A stretch of DNA of 61,352 nucleotides, the filler included, from Gonapodya sp. JEL0774 (Eukaryota), in assembly GCA_027604505.1 (NCBI GenBank). It is 10 parts of 10 records of this genome, joined end to end, with 100 filler letters (N's around TTAATTAATTAA, not from the genome) between each part and the next. Parts side by side here need not be neighbours in the genome. Positions count along the whole stretch, not along the records: positions 1 to 6,085 come from JADIIX010000631.1; positions 6,186 to 12,254 come from JADIIX010000632.1; 8 more parts are not named here. One strand, 5' to 3'. Under the pieces are notes generated by a model. It searched no databases and was not told the origin of the DNA. It worked only from the letters and a program-made list of their open reading frames with translations. A program made the translations under genes and the position numbers. Position 1 is the stretch's first letter. Every line of letters begins with the position of its first letter. This document shows positions 1 through 12,354 of the stretch, piece after piece.

Positions 1-1089
1 AGATGGACGGGAATCGCGGGAATCGAACTTGTGATGTGGATTGAATCGATGTTGGAGTGGGGACTGTGTGTCCGTGGAGGGTATGGAAGACCTGTCTGGT
101 GGCTGTGCCACTCCTGTGGTTGCTGTGATGGACACTCGAACCACATCTCACCCCAATCAACATGTACACAAAATGTAGCACATCTGCCAAAAATTTAATA
201 AGATTCTTTGTATTGTGCTTGTTTCCGCGATCGCACATTGTTTTGATGTGATGATGAAGCACACCAGTTCGCTCGCTTGTTGGCGCCGCCACATCCGACT
301 CAGAGTGGTATGTCGGATCCCACAGCCCTCACAAACTAGCCCCATACTCTGTGGTGAAGGCGGAGCCATGGATCGTAGAATCGGGTGGTGAGTGCGACTG
401 GAATTTCACTTCACGCTGTGCCACTTTGGAGCTATAGCGAGGAAGTGGGCGCGGGGTCATGTCGCACTCCGAACGTATACAAGGCATGTTTGAGAACGTT
501 CGTCATCATGTTCATGCGTGGAGGGCGATGGAGCGGTTCACCTCAGCGAAAATCCCGTTGGAAACCTCCTAAGTGACGTGACAATCCAGATTTCAATTCA
601 ATGTGCGATCGTGCTCCTGCGCTAGATCTATTTTGCGACTGACTGTGACTCTTGGGGTTTGTGTCCGTGCATTAGTTCCTTGGAGTTTGCCGTGGACCGC
701 TGTGCCAACCCAAACGAGAGTTCCCATCCCCGATTATACTCCACAACATGCGCAGATAGGATCAGTTGAGATTGGTCGACTGCCAAAACAATCTTCTTTG
801 CCGGGTGCCCTGGTTTGTAATACACGGTCCAGAGGGCGAGCTCAAAATGAGTCTGCAAAGGTTTCACTGTGCGCGAGGGCTCCGTACAATCAGAGATGAT
901 AGGAATCAACCCCAAATAACTTTATGGAACGCTTTGACGCCAACTTTTATCACGTTTTCTTTCGTGAATATGAATCACTGCTTTTGTGGTGACTGGACCG
1001 CGGCTTCTTGAAGCACCAAAAAACTCCGATCACAGAACACAGTTCGCTCCCCTCCACCCTGAACACTGGAGACATCTTCACCCGACAAC

Positions 1090-3516
1090 ATGGGAGTCGA
1101 TCCGCAGACCAAACACGCTTCATCGCACTCGCCTAAAAGCGAACATCCGCGCTTTTCCCGTATGTCGCTTGCGGTCTGCGCAGACTCCCCTTCAGCCCTT
1201 CGTTGCTGATCCCCAACTCGATTGCTCTTTCCCACCCCCCTTTCACCCCCGTCTTAAGCGATGCTCCCAAACGAAACCTTCATCAACGTATTTGAGGTGC
1301 GCTGACGTCATTCTTGACCCGCCCGCTGTCGCTGTGATGGCGCGAGCTTCGTCTGTCGGAACCGGATTCTGATCCTTGTCGCTTTTTCCCGCTCTCACTC
1401 ACCTCCACTGCCACCTCGATCCACTCTCAACTGCTTTCTATTCGCTTCTTTTCCTTTTCTCAGCACCTCTCGGACATCGCAGACCTCCTTACACTCCGTC
1501 GCACCTCCCGCAGGTTCCGTGGCATCGCAGAGGACGTGCTCGTCGGCAAACTCGCTGACCTCATCTACGACGCATACATTAGGAAAAAGGGCATCGATCA
1601 ATCGGTGGAGGAGCTCGAAAGAGATAAGGGGCCCAGGATGGCTCACTACAGGACCTTTTTGAGTGGACTGAGTCAGCACGAAATCAACGAGCTGAGGTTC
1701 ATGAGGGATCCTCCGCACGAGGTGAGTCCAACAACGAAGACGAAGACGAGCACGAGCGTCAGCGAGTTCCTGTCTCGAGCGAAGGGATGCCAAAGCCACT
1801 TGCGTAATCGTTCGGGTGCATTTGCCGCCGCCTGCGGATATTTACGATCCCCATTCCCACTCCATGCAGGTCAAGGTCGTCTGCGGATGCCTTTCCATCC
1901 TCTTTGCCGGCGTCCGACCCCGTCCACTGTCGTCGACGACCTCCTCGAGCTTGTCGTTTCTGGCGTCGGCTGCGCAACCCATACAGCAGTTTTTCACCGG
2001 CGGCGGAAGCGGAAGTGGCAGTGGCGGGTCGGGTTCCTCTTCATCGTCCTCCTCCTCGTCGTCCTCGGCGGCGGCGTCCCACTCCACTCCAACGACACCA
2101 CCATCGTCCCCATCTTCCAACCCTTCCACTTCCCCCACCGCTCCATCAACCCCAAACCACCCCACACCCACCTCCTTCCACACCACTCTCACCACCACTC
2201 CACCCCACACCCCCACCACCCCTCCAAACCCTCCAACCCCCCCATCCCACCACCACCATGCCCACCACCCGACGCACACCACCACCACCACCACCAGCCT
2301 CGACGACCCCTCGTCCGACTCTATCGCCACCTCCCACGCCCTCGACTGGCCCGACGTGCGAAAACAGATGGCCTCGCGGGCGTTCAGGAACTGGCTCGTG
2401 AGCCTCGAGAGGGGTGTGGACGCCGTGGCGGTGGAGAACGTGAGGCCGGTTGAGAAGTGAGTTGGGGGGTATTTGGGGGACTTGAAGAGGGGAAGGGGGT
2501 GGCGCGGTGCGTCTATGTGGGTTCGGGGTTGCCTTGGCTTTGTGTTTCTGTGTGTGTGCGGGGAGTGAGAAACACCTCCAGACGTCCGAGCGAACGGATT
2601 GGACCTTCCCAGGCTCACTCTCGACCATGCTCTCCCTCTTACCCCGTCCTTCTTACTCATCTTTCGTCTTTCGAATTTCTCTTTCTCTCCCACCTTGTAT
2701 CCTTCCCGCTCAGAATCATCATGAACGACTCCCACATCTCGTACCAAAACGTCCGCCGGGTCAACATCGCCGCGTACAGGTTGCTCATCGTTGTGGCCGC
2801 CGTGATCCAGGTGGTGAATATTCTAGTACGTGTGTGTGTGGTCGGGGGGATGTCTTGACAGGGATAGGGGTGTCCGTCTGTGTGGTCACCCCATGTGTTG
2901 CTCGACTTTTGACACACTGTGCCCAACCACCATCACACTCTAAACCGCTCACAACCCGCCACCTTCCCCCCTGCCACCCCTCCCACCCCAGGACGAATTC
3001 AAAACCCGCCGTCACACCTCCGACTCCATCTCCAACCAAATCTCCCGCTACAAATACCTCATCGCCTGCTGCGCCGACTTTGGAGACCGGTACGGGTCCC
3101 GCCGGTCCCCGCGTGATGGCTTACCTTCCTTGCCCTCGTCAGGGGAGGACGAGGAGGACNNNNNNNNNNNNNNNNNNNNNNNNNNNNNNNNNNNNNNNNN
3201 NNNNNNNNNNNNNNNNNNNNNNNNNNNNNNNNNNNNNNNNNNNNNNNNNNNNNNNNNNGGAGACCGGTACGGGTCCCGCCGGTCCCCGCGTGATGGCTTA
3301 CCTTCCTTGCCCTCGTCAGGGGAGGACGAGGAGGACCAGGACGAGCAGCTGTTGCCGGAGGGGGACGGACCTGTCATGCCGACGGACTGGAGTCTCTTGA
3401 GGCAGGACAATGGGGAGGACGAGGAAGAGGAGGAGGAGGAGGATGAGGAGAGCGAGGAGGATGAGGATGGCGAGCGGTTGATGCCCGGGGCGCCGCGATT
3501 GAGCTCTGCGGCGTGA
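1090..3516 (+). CDS. F-box protein with dynein stalk microtubule-binding-domain-like region and acidic tail (6 exons)
   Basis: Exons 1090-1159, 1259-1296, 1464-1721, 1870-2456, 2714-2825 and 2992-3516 splice in frame through GT-AG introns. F-box-like: LPNETFINVFEHLSDIADLLTLRRTSRRFRGIAEDVL. MTBD-like: LSGLSQHEINELRFMRDPPHEVKVVCGCLSILF...LDWPDVRKQMASRAFRNWL...ISYQNVRRVNIAAYRLLIVVAAV. Confidence 0.7.
3082..3336. other. Scaffold gap (99 N) flanked by an exact 78-bp duplication, probably an unmerged assembly overlap
   Basis: 3082-3159 is identical to 3259-3336 on either side of the N run 3160-3258. Confidence 0.85.
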
Positions 3517-4065
3517 GATAGGGTTAGCTTGTGTGGGACGGGGGACGGTGTATGGCTTGGGACTTGGGATGGTCTCGAACGAGACTGTGACCTTGTCGCT
3601 CTTGGGACTTTTGACGTATCGTGGACGTGGGACTTGGGTGGACTTTTACAACCTTTGGACGGCGAAGCGTACATTTTGGACTCGTACCAGAGGGGACTTT
3701 GAACCTTGAAGTGGAAGACGACGTAAACCCCTTTCTTTCTGCACTTTCTACTTGCACGGGCTGCACGGTGACATTGACCCCCTCGTGGGGTCCTGCCGTC
3801 TCGAGGTCACCCTTACGCATCTCTTTAGTTTCTGTTTTGTTTTTGCTGTTTCCTCCTCCACGAAATCCACCACCGAACTAGTACACGCTTTGAAAATATG
3901 TCACGATGAGTTTTTAGCACAGCTAGCGAGACACCTGTCTTGACAATGAGCGTTGAGCCTACAATCAGTCTTAGTATCATAGTGTGGATCTCTATATGTA
4001 TCACGCAAAACAAAAACGCTTTACAGCTCTAGGTTCCACAGTCCGCCGCTACCGTATGTACTCTT

Positions 4066-6085
4066 TCATGCAAAGCTGCGAACACCTATCCGAACTCGCG
4101 CACTACCCTTGGCCATCCCAATCATAACTAGGACACCGTGGAGCCCGTGGGCGGTATTGCGGCTGGAGGTAGGAACGTCTTCTTGCCCTTGTAGTCGTAG
4201 TACCGCTTTTTGAACACGCCCTTTGCCATCTCGGAGCTGAGAACTCGTTCGGCTTTGGGGGAGTGAAGGGGGCATGCGTACCTTGTTAGAAGTAAATGTC
4301 ACGGAGAAAGAAGGTGAGCGGAATGAATGCTGCGGACAACCCCCTCCACAAGCACACTCACTTTGCATTCGGATCCTCCGCCAGCTTCTCGTATTTCTCC
4401 GGCGTCAGCTCGGCATCACAATCCACGTGCACCCACCGATCGCACACGTCACAGCACACCATCTGCACGTCGTTGTTGTCGGGTGCGTAGACCTTGCCGC
4501 ACACTGGACAGAACCGGTCTTCGGACCAGTGCTCGTAGCACGGGGGGCAGTATGTCGCAAAGTACATGTCCGGTCGGCCAGCGATGGTGGAGGGAACCGT
4601 GGCGTGGTGGAACCATGTGATGGGTTTGTTTCGGGTGCCGCACGAGTAGCATACGGTACAGTGTTTGCAAGCCCAGGCACCTTCCAACCAGCAACCCTCA
4701 ATCAGACATAATTCCAGCATGTTATGCTCGATGATCCACAAACTCACCTTCTGGCAATTGGTCTAGCTTTGAATCTAAACAGTACGTGTGATATCCTCGG
4801 TCACAGTCGTCGCACATCAACAGCTTGCTCTCGTCCCCAGCCTCTCGGCACACCACACACAGCTTGCAGTCATTGCTTTAAATTTGTGGCGGAAAAACAC
4901 CGTTTCAATTTTGGTGCACTCCTGGATGTTCTCGCATCATGGGCTCAGACTCACCATTGCCACGGATACGTCACTAACTTCGCCAGCAACGCCGGCTCGT
5001 ACAGCTCCGCACAGTACGCATGGTGTCCATTCTTGCACACCGCGCACCGCACCACAACATCTGATATTGGATGATCCTCCTGGTCCTCGTCCTCGGGATT
5101 CTTGACTTTCGGCTCGGGTAATTCCGTCAGCGCCAATCCACAGTCAACGCACGGTTTCGGTGGTTCGGGGCCCTTTCGAGACGTGTGAGCAGCTGCGGTC
5201 GATTGGATTTGGAGGGTGCCGGTTCGAATGCTATCGAGAAGTTGCTGGCCCTGCGCAAGAAGAGTTCAGCCATGTGATCTTGCGACGTCATCCAAAACAG
5301 TGGCAGCTCACGTTTTGATGGTACAAGCACTTTTCTCCCGGCCTGGAAACCGCTCTCTTGCACGGGATGCCTCCTTTAGACCTCGAGAACCCACACACAT
5401 TCATCAATGTGCCATTGATCAAAGCCACATGGACGTTCGGTTGTCCGGGAACCTGTATGGCCGTGCCAGGCGGGAGACCTGGCGGGAAGATGGGAGCAAC
5501 AGCCGGAGGCAGGCCAGCGACGGTCGCAGTGGGCCATATTTGAGGAAAACTGCTGGTAGTGGAGGTTGGGAGAGTTGGTGGCGCCGGCGCGTCGAGGAGA
5601 TGTTGCATGCCAAAGCGGAAGGGAAATCTGAAACAAGGAGAATGCAGAGGATCAACATCCTGCATTCATCACAGCGGGGCTGGGGAACTCGATGCACACT
5701 CTCATACTCACACCGACCACATCCCTTGGTATTGTCCTTCCGTCAACGCCACCGGATATTTCTCGTCCTCTGCTTCAACCTCTAAACTCACCCACTTGCC
5801 CGCCTTCCCTTTGTCCCGGTCCCCGGACTTCACCACCACCTCCTCAATCACAGTCATCTCGGGTTCAGATTTTGTCCTACTGCTCAAACCGACGAGAGAA
5901 GATTCACGAACTTCCACCACGACTTTCACGGGTACGGGCAATGACGGGAGGTGAAGTACACCTGTGTGGGGGTCCACGCGACCCTCCTTCTTCCCGTCTC
6001 GCTCGTGTCGCATCCTCCGGTTAAATTCCGCTGCACTCTCTGCTGCCCTCACCGTATTCCTCTGCGCCGCCGATTTGGTGATATA
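4066..6085 (-). CDS. PHF10/BAF45a-like chromatin protein with multiple PHD fingers (5' truncated by contig end, spliced)
   Basis: AAEFNRRMRHER...VDPHTGVLHLP...KYPVALTEGQYQ resembles the PHF10 conserved region. PHD motifs: CAVCKNGHHAYC, CVVC...LLMCDDCDRGYHTYC, and CPVCGKVY...MVCCDVCDRWVHVDC. Confidence 0.75.
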
Positions 6086-6185
6086 NNNNNNNNNNNNNNN
6101 NNNNNNNNNNNNNNNNNNNNNNNNNNNNNTTAATTAATTAANNNNNNNNNNNNNNNNNNNNNNNNNNNNNNNNNNNNNNNNNNNN
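6086..6185. other. Artificial contig-joining spacer (same 100-nt spacer at 12255-12354, 18422-18521, 24569-24668, 30712-30811, 36854-36953, 42986-43085, 49109-49208, 55231-55330)
   Basis: N44-TTAATTAATTAA-N44, with stops in all frames. The segments between spacers fall in length from 6085 to 6022 bp. Confidence 0.97.
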
Positions 6186-7014
6186 GGCTCATCTATCATC
6201 TACTTTGCCTTCTCCTTACCGCTCTACTTCATCACATGTACGTACTACAAGCCCCTTTCATCCACCAACTACAGCATCTCACCCCGCTTTACTTGTGCCG
6301 GATAGCCTACGGCACTTCTATTGGCCTCTCCGCCAGCACAGCCACTCTCATTCTCTCCCTCCAGAACGGCATCACCAGCCCTTCTCGTGTTCTTCTCGGA
6401 CTCTTCATGGACCGTGTGGGTGCCGTCAACGTGTTCTTGGCGTGCAACGTGATCGGGGGTGTGCTGTGCTTGACGCTCTGGCCCTACGCAAAAGACTTGG
6501 GGTCGCTCTTAGCGTTTGCTATTTTGGTACGTTGGAGTGTTGTTCGGTATAAACGGGGGTCAGTTCTATGAACTCCTACAACTCGTGACTCGTTGTTCGA
6601 CGATTCTTTCAACCTATTTGCAGTTTGGAGCTACTGGCGCTCAATTCTTCTCGCAGATGCCCATCGTCGTTGCCGGCATTTTCGGCCCTCGCGACTCAGC
6701 TTCCAAAATAGGTCTCGTCATGTGGTCACTCGTCGTTGGTGAGTTCACCACACTCTCGCACTTCCTCCCGTAATTCTGTACACACTCACCGCTCCTACTT
6801 GATCTTACCCCCACCAGGAGCTATCCTCGGCAACTACGCTGGCGGTCAAATCCTCGACAACCACACCACGCCCAACCCCAGCTCGCCAACAGGTTACGAC
6901 CAAGATTTCTTCCCCGTGATGGTCTACACGGGAGTCATTTTTCTGGTCTCATGCGTCTTCTTTGCAGCGATGAGGTACAGGTTGGTCGGGTGGAGATGGA
7001 GCGGGATGGCGTGA
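6186..7014 (+). CDS. MFS monocarboxylate transporter (MCT/Mch-like), 3' part, tandem paralog 1
   Basis: Spliced TM segments SRVLLGLFMDRVGAVNVFL, FGATGAQFFSQMPIVVAGIFG and GYDQDFFPVMVYTG. Closely similar to the downstream paralog. Confidence 0.85.
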
Positions 7015-7330
7015 ACGTGAAGCGTTCATAACAGGTGTGAGGACCATCATAACATAGAGCATGAAATAGACATAGACAGTATGTTTAGAGTTGCAGTACA
7101 CTGTTCATGGACGAAAGACATCGTGTGTTCATAACGCTTACTGCAATCATCCTGTGGAATAGGGTTTCGACAACAATCAAATTTCGAGAGAGACACAAGT
7201 AGATGTTCGTATAACGTGAGCATGTGAATTTCTTCAATAATATGGGTGGCAAGGGTTTGTACAACATGACGGGCACGGGTCGGAAGGAAAAAAGCAACCG
7301 ATCCGTTGCAATTGCTCACCGTTTCTGAAA

Positions 7331-9589
7331 ATGGATCCCAAATCCGACTACTTTGAGTTGACTTCGAACTCGCTACCAGGGTCCTTGTCGTCGTCGGAGT
7401 CTTTCCTCAGTCGTGGAGGACCAGATCAGCTGCCTGCCTCTGGTGATGTCCCCCACTCCACTTCCGCCCCGCAGCAAACTCCGATCAGCCCAGTCTCCCT
7501 CACAATTGCACCTTCAGTATTGCCACATCCACGTGTCCGTGATGCGCCCGGACCGGATATGCACATTGCGCCAGATTCTGACAAGTCTGCAGAGTTCAGC
7601 CTTCTTGCAGAGAAGCCTGCTGCAACTACTGAAGGTGTGGATGTGATTGAACTGGAAGATATTCCACCAGACGGAGGTTTTGAAGGATGGGCAGTGGTTG
7701 GAGCTTGTGAGTTTGCAAGTCGGAGTTACCTATGAGTCACCCCATTGCTGATTGTTTGCGACTTGGCGAAGATTGGTTTATCTCGTTCGTGAGCGTTGGC
7801 CTGATATATGTATGGTCGATATATTTGGTATGCATCTTGCTGAAACTTGTGTCTCCGTGAGAGGCTTTCGAAACGCTCACTTTGCTGAGTACTCTCACGA
7901 TTGCCAAACCCAATCAGCGCTTCTATTTCCGCAACGACAGCTATCCGGGCACCCCCCAATCCGTCTATTCGATAACTGGAGGTGCGGCTAACTCCGCTGG
8001 ATTTCTTGCTGGTCCGTTACTTGGCTCCCTGGCGGACCGATACGGTTACCGACCCATCGTGTTCCTCTCGACGTTGGGACTCGGTGCAAGCTACCTCGTA
8101 ACGTCTTTCGCGGGTCCGGGGGACTTGTGGCTGATGGTGATGTTCCAGGGCATTGTCCAAGGTATCAGCAGTCAGGGGTAAGTTTAGATGATTGTAAGAG
8201 GACTTGACGGCCGTTGTCTGACAGCCGTGAACCACCAAAAATCACACTCTCCTTATGTGCTCTATTCATTCTTATGCAAGCGCGTGGATGGTAGCCATGG
8301 CTGCTATCCCTCAATACTTCAAGAAGCGTAGGGGTATCGCCATGGGTATCGCGATGACAGGAGCAGGAATGGGAGGTCTTGCACTCAGTTCGTACAAATC
8401 ATCCGAGAGAGCGCACGTTCAGTGATGCAAACGGTGAACTTGATGTTCTTTACGACTTATAGCAAACCTGACCCAATATCTTTTGGATCGATTGGGCCCC
8501 GCGTGGACGCTGCGGATATCGGGATTCGTTGTGCTGGGAGGTGTGTTTGCTCAAGCTATGAATGTCTTTGAAATTTTGTCTCCGGAACTTCAATCACTGA
8601 TGTTCTCACGGACAATAGTCATGACTCCAGCAACTTTCTTCGTGCGAACACGACTACCCCCGAAGGTTTGTAATCCGTTTCTTGAGTTGAGGGCTACCAT
8701 CGAATACTTTTTAGGGCTGTGACTCATCGTAACCACGAAACACCAGCGGAAGGGAAAGCTCCTTGACCTCCAAGCTTTCCGTGACATCCGATTCGTCCTC
8801 CTCTTCTTAAGTGGTATAACAATGTACTTCGCGTACCCACTTCCTCAGTTCTTCATGACTTGTAAGCTGCGGTAGGACACATTATCTAAAACAATTTTCA
8901 TTCGTCCTGTTTCCTACCCAGCCTACGCCACATCAATCGGAGTCGACACCCAAACCGCTGCGCTTATTCTTGGCCTGCAATTCGCAATAACTGCGCCTAC
9001 GCGTATCGTTTATGGTCTGCTCATGGATAAAATAGGACCTGTGAACGTATTTCTTGCGTGCAACTATTTCGGGGGGATCATTTGCCTGACGCTATGGCCT
9101 TCGGCTAAGTCCTTGGGGAGCTTGATGGCGTTCGCGATGATTGTGAGTTACCTCTAATTGAAATGTGCTTAAGACTGTACGTCCATGTCGATTTCCTCTT
9201 GTTTCTAGTTTGGTGCTACTGGTGGCCAGTTCTTCTCACAGATTCCCATTGTTATCTCGTCCATTTTCGGGCACCATGACTCGGCAACGAAAATGGGGAT
9301 GGTATTACTCTCTCTCTCGATGGGTATGTCCTCATACTCCGGGTTGCACTTGCGTCGTTAATCACTCGTCGTCCAACTCATGCGCGCTGCAGGCTCACTG
9401 CTTGGCACCCTTGCCGGTGGTAAGCTTCTCGATACACATACAACCCCAAATTTGGCTTCTCCAACAGGATATGATCAGGACTTTGTTCCTGTCATGATTT
9501 ACACTGGTGTTCTGTATCTCATTTCATCCACCATTATGCTGATCTTGCGATGGAATTTGGTAGGGTGGACTCTGCGAGTGAAAGTATGA
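7331..9589 (+). CDS. MFS monocarboxylate transporter (MCT/SLC16-like), multi-exon, paralog 2
   Basis: PPDGGFEGWAVVGA N-terminal MCT motif, GSLADRYGYR loop, QYFKKRRGIAMGIAMTGAG, and C-terminus GYDQDFVPVMIYTG...LRVKV*. Confidence 0.9.
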
Positions 9590-9753
9590 CACGAATTTTA
9601 CGCGCTACCATCATTTCTCGGGCTATATTGTAAATATACATTCTGCTCACCTCGCACAAATATTACGACGAAGCTTCCGTGCACGGGCCGCCTTTCTTGT
9701 CTCAACCCATTCATTCTTGGGTCCCCGCCAGTCCCGCACACGACCCTGTACAA

Positions 9754-11065
9754 ATGCGGCATCAAAATCAATGGAGGAAACTCAACCGCACCGCGACTCA
9801 TCGCCACGATCTTCTGTCGAACATGCTCTCTCAGCTTATAATCCACGATAGAATCGTAACGACTGTCGCTAAAGCCAAAGAAGTTCAAAAATGGGCGGAA
9901 AAGGCGATTGATGTTGCAGGAAGGGGAACGAATGCCGCCAAGCTTAAGATGGTGGGGAGGGTGTTCGTGAGTAGCGCGGGAGCAACACCGTTCACGACGG
10001 CAGCCGTTCTCAGAGAAATATACCTGTTGACACCGTCCCACATCTATTCACGTCAATAATCATTGTCGTTGGACCTACTGCGTCCAATCTCGCTTGTCGT
10101 CGCCGATCTTCCAGAACCATCATCTTACAATCCCCAAACTCTTCTCGGAGCTGAAGTATCGCTACGGTGGTCAGAAGGGTCCGTACACCCATATTCATCT
10201 GCTTGGTGTGCGTCCTCACGACAAGGCTCCGCGGGCCATTCTGGAACTGCGAAACTCGCCACGGGATCTCGAGTATTTGAGCGCTAAACTCAACATCGAT
10301 AAATTGCGGACAGAGCTCGAAAGCCTGGACACGGCCATTCAGAGTACCGAAGCAGTTGCTCGGTCGTTCCTCCCATCCTCGTCAGTCCCCTCATCCCAAC
10401 TCCCACGGTCTCTACGCACGGACATATACCTCAACCCGTCGGGGCGGAACCGCAACGTGCCTGTTTCAGTCCAGCTCGACCGTGCTCGAGAATTGCGGAA
10501 GCTTCAATCTCGAAGAAAAACCCTCCACAACCTCATTGCCAAAATGGAGGACAAGTTGACGCAGCAACAACGGGCTGAGGAGTCTAGACGGCTATGGACA
10601 GAATCTGAACTTCAGTCCGCTCTGCGTCGGAAGCAAGAGGCACTGGAAGGTGTCGCTGCTCGAATAAAGGCGTATGAGCGCCTCGGTGGATTGACGACAG
10701 AGAAGGATATTAGGAACGCAATCTTAGAGGCGGGACAGACCGCCATGATTGGTTTGCAAACAGGCCGAGTTCAGTCGCTAACATGGGATGACTGGATTCG
10801 TTACCGTGACACCGGTTCCGTGACAGCCGTGGACGTCCGTGAAGTGCAGGAGGAGGCATGGAGGGATCCCAGTGTGAAACGCCCGGTGAAAGAGCCGAAG
10901 TCAAAAAAGAAAGTGAAGCCATTAGTGCCCGCTAAGGCTGAGAAGGAGAAGAAGGAAGCGGAGGAAGATGGCAAGGGACGTGTCAAGGAGAACTCTGGGT
11001 ACTTGAAGGGCGTCTGGGACAGAGTGAAGGGCATGTCAATGTTGAAGAACCGTGTTTTCGGATAG
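9754..11065 (+). CDS. MRPL17: Mitochondrial ribosomal protein bL17m with long C-terminal extension (intron 9967-10114)
   Basis: MRHQNQWRKLNRTATHRHDLLSNMLSQLIIHDRIVTTVAKAKE...IPKLFSELKYRY...GPYTHIHLLGVRPHDKAPRAILEL is the L17 signature. Confidence 0.92.
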
Positions 11066-11322
11066 CTTTTGAAACTGACTCGTTAGAATCTGTAGTTTGA
11101 CGGCGATTCCACATTCATTTGCATGGATGCACGGACACCAGAAATATGGCGCAGGAATTGCAGTTTTCCAAAAGTCCCACCCGACACCTGGCTCCAAAAG
11201 AGGATGTATTGAGATGTAATGATGTCACCAGAGAAAACCTACAAGAGAAAGTATGGATACTTTGGAAACTTTCTCTCAAACCCGACAGACCCCCATATTA
11301 CATGAAGCATCATGACAACAGA

Positions 11323-12254
11323 TCAATGGCCACTTCTCCTCTGAGGCGGGGCAGCATAGTAGCGGCACTAGTCAAAAATGTTTTTGATCGGAGTCATTCG
11401 TGCTTCGTGGAGACAGAATCCTCGACGATCAAGCTCACTGCCCTATTGTGCTTGTGGTTACCAAGACGGAGAATCGGCTCGTACGATGCGAGGCAGCGCC
11501 TTCAGAGGAGCAATTGGAAGTCAAACCTGGAGTGATCCGCTGCCACCGTGCATCTCACCACTCACCAGCAGAACTCATGCCCACATCCAGCCGGCCGACG
11601 ACAGAGCATCCACTGGGAAACCAAGTTCCAGAAAGGTAAGCATATTAAAGTTTCCTTCTTCTATTTGCCAGTAATATAAACGTACCCATTCTTCTCGATC
11701 GTCATTGTACAGCGTGGGCAGGGCTTAGTACGTCTATCAGCAACATTGAATGAAAATTAACGGAACATAAATACGATTCGATGGATGGAAATAAACGAGA
11801 AATCATCCCCTCAACAGCATCCGATCGTAACCTGTTGAAGTAGTCTCGGTTCGCATTATCGTTTCCTTGTGGCACGCAAGCTTGAAGTGACGCATCGTAG
11901 ACCTCGCAACGAATTCCTCTGTGGTGAGGGAGATGAGGGAAAGTGAGTACAAAGAGCTTGCTTTAGTAGGTTATGTAATGTCTAGCAATCGCCTGAAATG
12001 AATTACCTGTGCCAGGGAACGTCATGTCTGTAGCACGACTGGAATTTGCAGGCATGGCATGTCATCAGGGGAGCATCATCCCCACCAGCATGGACTGTCA
12101 ATGATCATAATGAATCAATGAACGAGCATTTTGCATGAGATAGATATGTGCGCACTTTGCCCGCTTCCACAGTCTGGCCTCTTGCACCATCGAAAGTCCG
12201 GCATCGCTGCAAGTGCTGTCTTGAAGAGCATCTCATCGTATATTTGATAGTTAT
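11323..12254 (-). pseudogene. RBR (IBR-RING2) E3 ubiquitin ligase, 3' part, apparently frameshifted in RING2
   Basis: Spliced exons give FRWCKRPDCGSGQ..HAGGDDAPLMTCHACKFQSCYRHDVPWH, TKPCPRCTMTIEKNGGC/[shift]/CRRPAGCGHEFCWRCLASYEPILRLGNHKHNRACRYY. Not captured by the ORF track. Confidence 0.75.
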
Positions 12255-12354
12255 NNNNNNNNNNNNNNNNNNNNNNNNNNNNNNNNNNNNNNNNNNNNTT
12301 AATTAATTAANNNNNNNNNNNNNNNNNNNNNNNNNNNNNNNNNNNNNNNNNNNN

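Noticed and set aside
157..369. GATA-like zinc finger (CEGC...MWRR)
   Set aside because: The second Cys pair could not be placed in a consistent spliced frame, and the contig edge limits the evidence.
3082..3336. 78-bp direct repeat in the F-box gene
   Set aside because: Exact duplicate on both sides of an N gap; most likely an unmerged assembly overlap.
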